DNA of 64,000 nucleotides, from contig CAYFHS010000006.1 of NCBI GenBank assembly GCA_964342815.1, forward strand, positions 85,850 through 149,849, read 5' to 3'. Positions 38,141-46,833 of this stretch are shown one piece after another. This DNA is from an uncultured archaeon (GTDB lineage Archaea; Thermoplasmatota; Penumbrarchaeia; JASLWR01). A program made the position numbers and the translations under genes. Each line of letters starts with the position of its first letter. The stretch's first letter is position 1. The notes under the pieces are model-generated. The model saw nothing but the letters and a program-made list of their open reading frames with translations, was not told where the DNA came from and did no database searches.

Positions 38141-39358
38141 TCAATCTTCCATATTGTCCAGGTATTCTTTGATCCTGAGAGCGAAAGATATCGCCTCACT
38201 GTCCATATTCTTCTCCAGAGCCCTCTCAGCCTGGAAAAGAGGTTTGGCGAGAATGCTGAGATGTTCCTCGTAATCGTCACGCTTCAGTAGAGTATTTCGG
38301 ATGGAAGAATAGATTTCTCCTGCTTTCGGATAAAGATATTTCCCGGAAAGCGTTTCGATCATCTTCTCAGCATCCCCGAAGGTTTTAAGGGCCTTTTCGA
38401 ATTTCCCGGAGTTGATCTCCCACTCCGCCTGCGAAAGGAATTTATCCACACGGTATATCTTGAAGATCGCTCTCTCATCCTCATCCACCTCCGAGAACTC
38501 ATGTAACGCCTGAACCCGCAGACCGAGATTTTCCGATATCTCCTCGCATTCCTGGTATTTTCCTGCTAGGTCCCCCGCATCTATTTCATCCTCGAATTCC
38601 TGTGCACATGATGGGCAAACAGTATCCTCGGTATTCAAAGCGGCACCGCACTCGGAGCATACATAATCTCCCGTTTTTTCCTCCACCTCCATATCTTCCG
38701 CCTCGTAAGGCACTGTCTTTGCAACAGTAATCGTACGCAGACCCAGAGGCCCGGTTCTTTCCTCTATTACTATCTTTTCCCTTCGCGCAGACTCCATTAA
38801 AGGTTCTTCGGGAGGTACTAACATCTCCTCCTCTGCCGGCGGTGGGGGCGGTGCCATCTCCTCTCCTTCATCTTCTTCTTCCATTACCTCATCGATATCC
38901 TCTTCCTCTTTACGGGTTTGCATGAAGGGAAGCATGGTTGGTTCTTTAAAGGAAGTTTCTGGTTCTGAAGAGCTTTTCGCCACAGGGGGCCCCGCTTTTT
39001 TTGTTACCTTGGGAGGCTCTTCCGCGGGTTTAGCCGCTCCATACTGCTGGACGATGGATTTCTTACGTTTGACGCCGAAGAGATTATCCTGAATCTCCTT
39101 CTCACAGGCCTCGAGATTAGCTTTCGCAGAGTCATTTTCCTCGTTGATCTGCAGGGCACGTTTGAAGCATTTGAGGGCAAAGTTCAGGTTATCGATTTCT
39201 CTGTATGCCAATCCCATATTATTCCAAGCTTTATCAAATTGTGGGAAGGTCGAAACTGCTCCCAGATAATACTTGATAGCAGCAGGATAATCCTTTTTCA
39301 TGAATGTTTCATCACCAAGCTTCTTCAACGATTCCGCTTTGGGGGATATTTCTGACAT
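38141..39358 (-). CDS. TPR + acidic linker + double zinc ribbon + helical C-terminal protein
   Basis: AWNNMGLAY/ALKCFKRALQINEEN TPRs; CSECG...CPSCA. Confidence 0.85.
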   Translation of the reverse strand: MSEISPKAESLKKLGDETFMKKDYPAAIKYYLGAVSTFPQFDKAWNNMGLAYREIDNLNFALKCFKRALQINEENDSAKANLEACEKEIQDNLFGVKRKKSIVQQYGAAKPAEEPPKVTKKAGPPVAKSSSEPETSFKEPTMLPFMQTRKEEEDIDEVMEEEDEGEEMAPPPPPAEEEMLVPPEEPLMESARREKIVIEERTGPLGLRTITVAKTVPYEAEDMEVEEKTGDYVCSECGAALNTEDTVCPSCAQEFEDEIDAGDLAGKYQECEEISENLGLRVQALHEFSEVDEDERAIFKIYRVDKFLSQAEWEINSGKFEKALKTFGDAEKMIETLSGKYLYPKAGEIYSSIRNTLLKRDDYEEHLSILAKPLFQAERALEKNMDSEAISFALRIKEYLDNMED

Positions 39359-39436
39359 GGTTGCACCTCAGCTATGTTTATACATTTTCTCTTTTTATAC
39401 TTTTCTAAGCTGTAAATCGGTAGGGTCAAAGACATG

Positions 39437-41827
39437 TTAATTAGTTGAACGGATCAATACTTCCACGTTACCGTAACGCCTAAGCAAATTGTATCGGGTA
39501 TATATATATTCCCTGAAATAGTCTCTGTTAGTAAAGAAAACGTCCTTGACGTTCTGGTCCACAATTACTATCTTGACTTCATTATTATCCATGTATTGAA
39601 TTATCTCGTGGACCGTGGGATAGCTAAACTCTTTAAGTCCGTATTCGTTCTCACCTACATATTCCTGGTAAAGCAGCGGATGGGTTATGTTGAATATAAC
39701 ATGCCTGTTCGATTGAAACGCGTATATCGGCCATGCGAATATCTCATCTTTTTCCCCGGTATTTTCTTCAATATAACCGGAAATACTCCTGATGGTCGAT
39801 ACCGAGGGGTGTTGTTCTTCACGGCCCACATAGACGTTATAGGGATCAACGACGTACATATAAACTGGCAATACAAGTATGATCACTACCAGGGCTGATG
39901 TTATAATCCTTTTATTCATGTTTAGGATGGCTGATTTTCTGAGGATTGTTTTAGCCTTATTTTCCGATCGATCTTTGCCTTGGTTGATGTGACATCCTCC
40001 TTTATCCGCCGGAAAAAGCCCAACCAGAACAACTGCCGAGATAATGCAGAGACCAGGTGCCATCTCAGAAAAATAGATCGGCATCCACCACCATCGAAGA
40101 AAATAAAACAGGAATGGAACAATGATCAGAAAAATGGGGACAGCAAAGCGGTACTTCAGGCCTGGGGAATTTTTTTTATATTCGGCGGTATTATCCAACC
40201 GAAAACGATCATCGGCTATGATATAAGCCGCAATATATCCTGTAAAAAGGGTGAATCCGAGAAATACTGCCTTGGAAATATTAACATTATCATAAACCTG
40301 TGTGAGAATGATGGGGCATGCAATAGTCATTGAAGTACCTATAAATAAGACGATATGTTGGAAATTTTTTCCTCCCAGCAGATCTGTGAATCGATTTTTC
40401 ACTATCTTCATTTTCCACATGACGCAAATCTTTGCGCTCATAATAATTCCCGCCGCAAGCGTGCCTGCAAATAGGATCAGGACCGTACGATCTCGATAAA
40501 TTGCCTTTGAAATTGCGGTCATATAGATGATATATAGAATGATTATTGCCGTGTAGTAGAGTTTAGCATTACCCTGACCATATTTTTTAATTACGGTTTT
40601 CCCGAGATTTAGTAACAGTAGCAGAATTACTGCCAGGATATACGCTTTCATAGCCCATTCAATAAATGTATTTGACAGCTCCATTCCGGGAATCAAAGCA
40701 GCAACGGCAAGTGGTAGGGACAGTGGAAAAAGCCTTTTTACTACCTTTCCTGGACTGGACTTTTTGTCTGACAAAGGAATCCACGGTCGGGTTAAAATAA
40801 AAATAATACCGAAGACGGCTAGTACATAGGCTGCTGTGGCAAGAAAACCCCCGGGGGAGCTTGCAATAAAGCCCTCCAGCTCATTGAGTGATAGGGCAGT
40901 ATGCATGAGAATGATCGAGATCGCAGCGGTCAATGATACAAACAATCGATAATAGTTTTGTTTTAAGAACCGTTTCATGGCAGATGAGATGAATATCATG
41001 AAAAATACCGCTAAATACCACATCTGGTATCCCAATTCCTTTAGGTTCCATATGATGGTCTTTTCCAGCTCTATATATCTCCATAACTCGCTGATGTTAT
41101 ACATAGATCGGACCATGTTCATGTTTGCGTCGTTTACAAGAAAGAAAAGCAAAGCCAAAAACACTATGGAGAAGCTCACCGTAAAAATTATCGCATTGAC
41201 TAAAAAGATCGAGAACCATTCCTTTCGGGATTTTTTTTTTCGGATTACCGGAACGGAAGAATAAATAAAATAGAAAATAGGAAGCGCCACGGCATAAATG
41301 GCTGAAGACCTGCGGACCAATACGGCCAATGAAAGCACGATTCCGGAAATAAAGAAATTTTTTTTACTCTGGAAATCACAACCCTTCAGGAAAAAATGTA
41401 TGGAAATGAGAACGAAAAGGATACTTACGGGTTCGGTTACCGCAATAAAACCGTATCTTAGGGGGAAAGGTGAGAGAGCGTAAAGAAGACCGCTGAGCAC
41501 GGCGGCCCTCTCCGAAAAATATTTTTTTGCGATGGAATAAATTAAAACCGCGGATAAGGACGACGATAAGACAGATACAAGCCTCCCAAAAAAGATATCA
41601 TGAGTGGTAAGCTTTACCATTCCCCCGATCATGTATAGTAGAAGGGGTGACCTCCCAAAGAAATCCCGGTAGGGAATCTGACCGTCCATAGTCAGACTGC
41701 TGTTTGCCAGGTACCAGGCTTCATCGAAATCCAGGGGCATCCTTTCAGCGAGGAAAAGTCGAATAACAAGAGCGGAAAGAAAGATGATCGCCCCATTGAT
41801 GAGCGTTTCTCTTTTCAATGGCGACAT
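39437..41827 (-). CDS. GT-C fold (ArnT/PMT-like, GT39/83) membrane glycosyltransferase
   Basis: DFDEAWY acidic loop after TM1, PYRDFFGRSP, TEP, more than 15 TM helices, C-terminal extracellular domain. Confidence 0.8.
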   Translation of the reverse strand: MSPLKRETLINGAIIFLSALVIRLFLAERMPLDFDEAWYLANSSLTMDGQIPYRDFFGRSPLLLYMIGGMVKLTTHDIFFGRLVSVLSSSLSAVLIYSIAKKYFSERAAVLSGLLYALSPFPLRYGFIAVTEPVSILFVLISIHFFLKGCDFQSKKNFFISGIVLSLAVLVRRSSAIYAVALPIFYFIYSSVPVIRKKKSRKEWFSIFLVNAIIFTVSFSIVFLALLFFLVNDANMNMVRSMYNISELWRYIELEKTIIWNLKELGYQMWYLAVFFMIFISSAMKRFLKQNYYRLFVSLTAAISIILMHTALSLNELEGFIASSPGGFLATAAYVLAVFGIIFILTRPWIPLSDKKSSPGKVVKRLFPLSLPLAVAALIPGMELSNTFIEWAMKAYILAVILLLLLNLGKTVIKKYGQGNAKLYYTAIIILYIIYMTAISKAIYRDRTVLILFAGTLAAGIIMSAKICVMWKMKIVKNRFTDLLGGKNFQHIVLFIGTSMTIACPIILTQVYDNVNISKAVFLGFTLFTGYIAAYIIADDRFRLDNTAEYKKNSPGLKYRFAVPIFLIIVPFLFYFLRWWWMPIYFSEMAPGLCIISAVVLVGLFPADKGGCHINQGKDRSENKAKTILRKSAILNMNKRIITSALVVIILVLPVYMYVVDPYNVYVGREEQHPSVSTIRSISGYIEENTGEKDEIFAWPIYAFQSNRHVIFNITHPLLYQEYVGENEYGLKEFSYPTVHEIIQYMDNNEVKIVIVDQNVKDVFFTNRDYFREYIYTRYNLLRRYGNVEVLIRSTN

Positions 41828-41928
41828 TATCCGTCACCTGTATTATCGGTACTTAAATCTATCCGAATAAACTTGGTAACCTTCACCCTTTCATGCTTCT
41901 CCGGGGTTATTCTCTTCAATAAGGCCAT

Positions 41929-42603
41929 TCAGATATCTCTTACCTTTCTGCCAAAGGCGATTCTACCCTGAATCCTATCGATCTTGATCTTCACCCGGGC
42001 ACCCTTAGCCACTCCTGCAATGAAAATCGTATAACCTCCCTCTTTTGCAACTCCGTCTCCCTGTTTCCCGATATCCGTTATCAACACATCCACTTCCGCT
42101 CCCTCACGTACCGCAGATAGTTCGGTTTTTCTACCACCTTTTTTGACCTTGATGGGCCGATGTCCTCCGCAAGCCTCGCACTGGAGTATCTGAGTTCGTC
42201 CCTCCTTCACGATCCGTGTATCTGGTTTCTGGCATTCCGAGCATAGAACAAAGGTCTTTGTATAACTTTCGATCTTTTGACCGATCTGCCGGGGTGAGAC
42301 CCTGCCCTTGAAAACAACTCTTCTCCCCTCAAGAACGCCAGCAGTTCCCAGTTCTTTCAAAAGGTAACTGATGAGATGGCTGGGTTCCCTGTTCAGTATG
42401 CTTGCAATGTCCGCGAAGTTCCTGACCACAGTGGTATTGCCCTCTGCAAGAGCATCCACATTGGGAACACTGAAACGAGAATGCTCCTTTACAGAATCCG
42501 GTAGATCCCCCCAAGCTCGGTTCAGTAATTTTTCATAATCAAAGTCATCATCGTGGTTCTGGGGATCTTTGTTGGAATTCTCTGTTTTTTCTTCGTCGGT
42601 CAT
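41929..42603 (-). CDS. eif2b: Translation initiation factor aIF-2 beta with C-terminal TRAM domain
   Basis: YEKLLNRAW...FADIASILNREPSHLISYLLKELGT, CSEC...CEACG zinc ribbon, TRAM (GKQGDGVAKEGGYTIFI). Likely start 42603 behind AGGA. Confidence 0.95.
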   Translation of the reverse strand: MTDEEKTENSNKDPQNHDDDFDYEKLLNRAWGDLPDSVKEHSRFSVPNVDALAEGNTTVVRNFADIASILNREPSHLISYLLKELGTAGVLEGRRVVFKGRVSPRQIGQKIESYTKTFVLCSECQKPDTRIVKEGRTQILQCEACGGHRPIKVKKGGRKTELSAVREGAEVDVLITDIGKQGDGVAKEGGYTIFIAGVAKGARVKIKIDRIQGRIAFGRKVRDI

Positions 42604-42741
42604 ATTATACATCCTGCTCATGATCGTAATTCAGGAAATCTGAAATACCGATGCTGGTAAATCCGTGCATAAGATATTTAATTTCCGCATGATTTTACGT
42701 ACTAAGCAATTCCCACGATTCCACAGGGAGATGGTCCGATA

Positions 42742-43479
42742 ATGAAAAATGTTCCGGATTTCAACGTGCAGCTGAGAATGGGATTGAAAAATAGAGAATC
42801 ATTTGGGAAAGGAAAGATTAATCTTCTCACACTGATAGATCAATTGGGATCGATCCTCAAGGCCGCAAAAGAGATGGGTATGTCATACCGGCATGCATGG
42901 GGCAAGATAAAACGGATGGAGAAAGATATTGGTGCACCGCTGGTATTATCTAGAAGGGGTGGACGAGACGGGGGGAAGACCGTTCTCACACCCCTTGCCA
43001 ATGGACTGATCCGGGCGTTTCACGAGAAGACGAAAGACGTCGAAATTCTGCTTCGATACGGTCGAAAACCGGCTCTTACAGTGGATGGGATCATTTTCGA
43101 AGGTGATTCATTTCTGGCGGTCAAGAGGAAGAATGAACCCTTTCAGGGAATGTATGCACTTCCCGGAGGTTTCGTGGACTATGGTGAGACAGTGGAGGAA
43201 GCAGTAGTGAGAGAAATTTTCGAGGAAACTTCTCTTAAAACCGAGGTGTATCTGCCAGTGGGAGTATATTCGAGACCGGACCGGGACCCGCGGGGACACA
43301 CGGTAAGCTGCGTATATATTTTAAGCCGGATCGGGGGGAAAGCCAAGGCCGGTGATGATGCAGCTGCCGTCAAATGGCTTTCATTCAGGGAACCGGGAGA
43401 ACTAGCATTCGATCATGGGGAGATCTTGAAGGATGCGGTTAAGATTCTCGAAGAACAGAAAAATCCTCCTAATAGGTAA
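42742..43479 (+). CDS. ModE-type N-terminal winged-helix fused to Nudix hydrolase
   Basis: GSILKAAKEMGMSYRHAW...GGRDGGKTVLT (ModE HTH) + Nudix box GGFVDYGETVEEAVVREIFEETSL and RDPRGH...LAFDH. Confidence 0.88.
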   Translation: MKNVPDFNVQLRMGLKNRESFGKGKINLLTLIDQLGSILKAAKEMGMSYRHAWGKIKRMEKDIGAPLVLSRRGGRDGGKTVLTPLANGLIRAFHEKTKDVEILLRYGRKPALTVDGIIFEGDSFLAVKRKNEPFQGMYALPGGFVDYGETVEEAVVREIFEETSLKTEVYLPVGVYSRPDRDPRGHTVSCVYILSRIGGKAKAGDDAAAVKWLSFREPGELAFDHGEILKDAVKILEEQKNPPNR

Positions 43480-43483
43480 TCCG

Positions 43484-44614
43484 ATGAAGATAGTCATCAA
43501 TGCCAGGGATTGTGTCGGGGTACACCGGGGAGGTATTGGCCGTTATGCGCTCAACCTGCTGGAAAGCATGGGGAATAATAAAATTTCTGAGCAAATGGAG
43601 CATATCGTTTATCTGAGCAATACGGATATGGACCGGTCGGAAAGGACCCGCTCTCTTGCGGAAAGAGGTAAATTCAGGGTATCTGCGAGAGATTTCAACA
43701 GCTGGTTTTCACGTATGTATTTCGATCATATCACTCTTCCAGAGCTGGCTCCATCGCATGATGCCGACATTATTCACTGCCTGAAATTCGTGCTGCCACT
43801 GCTAAAACCGCTGCCCGATGCCACCAAAACCGTTGTAACGATCCACGATCTTATTTATCTTGAGAAACCAGAGCTCTTTCCTTTTGCTACGAGAGAATAC
43901 TGGAAAAGAGCGGTGAAGGCAAGCGCCCGGCGGGCGGACCTCATCACGGTTCCTTCCCGCTACACCCGGGATCAGATAATTAAATGGTACGGCGAGGAGA
44001 TAGGTGAAAAAACGAGAGTGATTCCCCATGGAGTGGACCCTATCTTTCGTCCGGGACCTGAACGGGATAATACTGATAGATATTTTCTATGCGTTGGGAC
44101 CGTCGAGCCGCGAAAGAATCTTGCTAACATCGTAAAGGCCTTCGGAGAATTTTCGCACAATGGTAAAAACCAAGATGTGAAACTGATATGGGCTGGCAAA
44201 AAGGGGTGGGAGGACGAAAGTATTTTTGAGGATATCAGGAAACGAGGTCTGGAAGGCAAAATAATATTTACAGGTCAGGTGGACGATGAACAACTTAGTG
44301 AGTTATACCGGAATGCTTTGGCTTTAGTGTTCCCTTCGTTTTCGGAGGGTTTCGGCCTGCCTTTGATCGAGGCAATGGCATCCGGGTGCCCGGTGATACA
44401 TTCGGGTAAGGGGGCACTTCGAGAGGTGTCAGGAAGGGAGCAGTTGGAAGTTGACCCCCACGATCCCAAAAGTATCGCCAAAGCCATGAAGGCCCTGAGC
44501 GATTCCGGGGAGCTGAGACGGAAAATGATCCGCGACGGAATAAAAAGGGCGAAACGATATACCTGGGAGAAGGCTGCAGAAGGGCTTTATGGTGTATACC
44601 GGGAGTTGAGGTAG
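43484..44614 (+). CDS. GT4 (GT-B) glycosyltransferase
   Basis: VGTVEPRKN, EGFGLPLIEAMASGCPV; ATG 43484. Confidence 0.92.
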   Translation: MKIVINARDCVGVHRGGIGRYALNLLESMGNNKISEQMEHIVYLSNTDMDRSERTRSLAERGKFRVSARDFNSWFSRMYFDHITLPELAPSHDADIIHCLKFVLPLLKPLPDATKTVVTIHDLIYLEKPELFPFATREYWKRAVKASARRADLITVPSRYTRDQIIKWYGEEIGEKTRVIPHGVDPIFRPGPERDNTDRYFLCVGTVEPRKNLANIVKAFGEFSHNGKNQDVKLIWAGKKGWEDESIFEDIRKRGLEGKIIFTGQVDDEQLSELYRNALALVFPSFSEGFGLPLIEAMASGCPVIHSGKGALREVSGREQLEVDPHDPKSIAKAMKALSDSGELRRKMIRDGIKRAKRYTWEKAAEGLYGVYRELR

Positions 44615-44778
44615 TTTTCGACTTCTGGGGTCAGGCTCATAATAAAGCATTCAAAGGAAACCTAAGTATCTTACGTGTGGCCTCATGGATTATATCCATA
44701 TATTTATGGCTTCTTCATTGGCACCAATCGAGAAAAATACCAAAATTTATATTATCTACGCATCAGCTTTTTTTGTCC

Positions 44779-45369
44779 ATGACGCATAAAATTCAATTCA
44801 AGAAAGCGGAAGAATACTCCTTCGACGGTATCTCCCTGGGGATGAACTTCAAAGATGATATACTGCCCAGACCTCCCTTCAATGTCTTCTGCGATGATGA
44901 TCCGATAGATGATAGGTCCCGCCTTATGGTGGTTTACACCGCAAAGGACTGCAGGATGACCCGTTTTCCGGAGGATACTTCGGTATTGATGTATTTTCCT
45001 GATTACCCGGAGGACAAATTCGATCAATCCCTGGAGGCCTTAGCAGTCATCCATGGTAAATATTTCGATACCAGATCCGATTTTCCCATAAAGGTGAACT
45101 CTCCGCTGGAGGATTACGATATCCTAGGAGAATCCCTGATCACCTCGATCCCCATGAGGACGAGGAGGAAACAAAAGACGAATGTCGATATAATGAGGTA
45201 TCCCGACGATATTTCGATCATTACTATTGACGTTGACGGCGGGAAACTGATCGGGGGTTTTGTGGTTGGAAAGATGCCAGATAACATGGAAATGGAATCC
45301 TGGCGCTCAATTTTGAAAGTTTATCGAACTTTCGCGCCGGATAAGATCAAAGCTCTTTTCAAAAAATAA
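44779..45369 (+). CDS. Hypothetical protein
   Basis: Long ORF with globular composition; probable ATG 44779. Confidence 0.6.
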   Translation: MTHKIQFKKAEEYSFDGISLGMNFKDDILPRPPFNVFCDDDPIDDRSRLMVVYTAKDCRMTRFPEDTSVLMYFPDYPEDKFDQSLEALAVIHGKYFDTRSDFPIKVNSPLEDYDILGESLITSIPMRTRRKQKTNVDIMRYPDDISIITIDVDGGKLIGGFVVGKMPDNMEMESWRSILKVYRTFAPDKIKALFKK

Positions 45370-45395
45370 AGGAACAAGCCTCCGGTGGTAATGAG

Positions 45396-45704
45396 GTGAA
45401 AATCATGTCAACACACGAGAAGTTCTATCGAATCAACGCGAACACTTTGTTCAATCTTGCAGTGAGAGCCCTTGGTAGAATGGAAGGTATATCAATAATC
45501 GATAAGGGAATGAGCCAGGGTTATATTGAGGCTGAAAGGAAAAAAAAGGGATCGGGAGACTTGAATCTCCTTATGAAATTTCATCCGGATGGAAAGAATA
45601 CGAGACTGTATTTGAAGATAAAACCCCGATCATTTCTAAATCTATTTGCGGATACCAAGACCACCGTGCAGGAGTTCTTCAAGGAATTGGAAAAGGAGAT
45701 CTGA
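45396..45704 (+). CDS. Small alpha/beta hypothetical protein
   Basis: GAGGTGA RBS; co-directional with neighbours. Confidence 0.6.
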   Translation: MKIMSTHEKFYRINANTLFNLAVRALGRMEGISIIDKGMSQGYIEAERKKKGSGDLNLLMKFHPDGKNTRLYLKIKPRSFLNLFADTKTTVQEFFKELEKEI

Positions 45705-45751
45705 ATCAATAAATAAAGCAGCGTCGTAAATAATAGAGGGATCGGAGAAAT

Positions 45752-46597
45752 ATGGATAGAATGGAGTTTATACTGGTTAACGAGCCATACATCCGTTTGG
45801 GGGCATTTCTCGTAACATTATTACTGTTACTCTTTCTGGAGCTTCTTATCAGGAGACGACCGCTTTCGGTACCCAGGCCAACCAGATGGACATCGAATCT
45901 TGGACTTACCCTCTTCAACAATTTTCTGGTCCGGGCAGTAGCATTTACCTTAGTTTCTTTGTTTCCGATTCTGCCCGTTGGCGCTGCGATCTGGGCAAAG
46001 GATAACGGCTGGGGTCTGCTGAACATTCTGGACTTGCCAATTTGGATCTCCATTCCCATAACAATCGTGTTATTTGACTTCGTCATTTGGATACAGCATG
46101 CACTTTTCCACCGGGCCGATCTGCTGTGGAGACTGCACCGGACCCACCACACGGACCTGGATATTGACGTAACTTCGGCAGCCAGATTCCATCCTCTGGA
46201 GATATTGATCTCTCTTGGAATCAAGTCGGGTATGGTACTTGCTCTTGGACCCCCTGCAGTGGGAGTGGTATTATTCGAGATCAGCCTCGCCGCAATGGCT
46301 TTCTTCACCCATGCAGATATCAATATTTCACGTGCAGTGGACTGGGTTCTACGCACACTGTTTGTAACTCCCGATATGCACCGGATACACCACAGTAATA
46401 TTTATCGTGAATCCTATTCCAATTTTGGAACTGTTTTCTCATGGTGGGACCGATTGTTTTCTCTTTACACAGATAAACCAAAGAACGGCCAGCTTACCTT
46501 TAAAATTGGATTGAACGAATACCGTGAACCAGGTAAGCTTCATATTCTCAATCTGCTTATACAGCCCTTCAATGATAGGCCATCAAGGTCCAAATAA
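45752..46597 (+). CDS. Sterol desaturase / fatty-acid hydroxylase superfamily membrane di-iron enzyme
   Basis: His boxes HALFH, HRTHH, RFHPLE, THAD, HRIHH; SNFG..FSWWDRLF. Confidence 0.92.
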   Translation: MDRMEFILVNEPYIRLGAFLVTLLLLLFLELLIRRRPLSVPRPTRWTSNLGLTLFNNFLVRAVAFTLVSLFPILPVGAAIWAKDNGWGLLNILDLPIWISIPITIVLFDFVIWIQHALFHRADLLWRLHRTHHTDLDIDVTSAARFHPLEILISLGIKSGMVLALGPPAVGVVLFEISLAAMAFFTHADINISRAVDWVLRTLFVTPDMHRIHHSNIYRESYSNFGTVFSWWDRLFSLYTDKPKNGQLTFKIGLNEYREPGKLHILNLLIQPFNDRPSRSK

Positions 46598-46833
46598 GCG
46601 AATGAATGAAGCTGTATTATGTATGGCTGGGCACCACAAAAAGCTTCGAGCCGTTCCTGCGTCAAATGTTTGAGTGCTGGAGTTTTCAAGCCTTTGCTTT
46701 TCTTCAGTATCTACCATTTTTTTTGGCTTATTTTACTTTCACTCACCCCCCTGATTAACCTTTATATACTATCTTTCCAATACACTTTCATACGCAGTGA
46801 ATTGCTGTGTACCGGGGCCTTGGAGGGCCGAGA

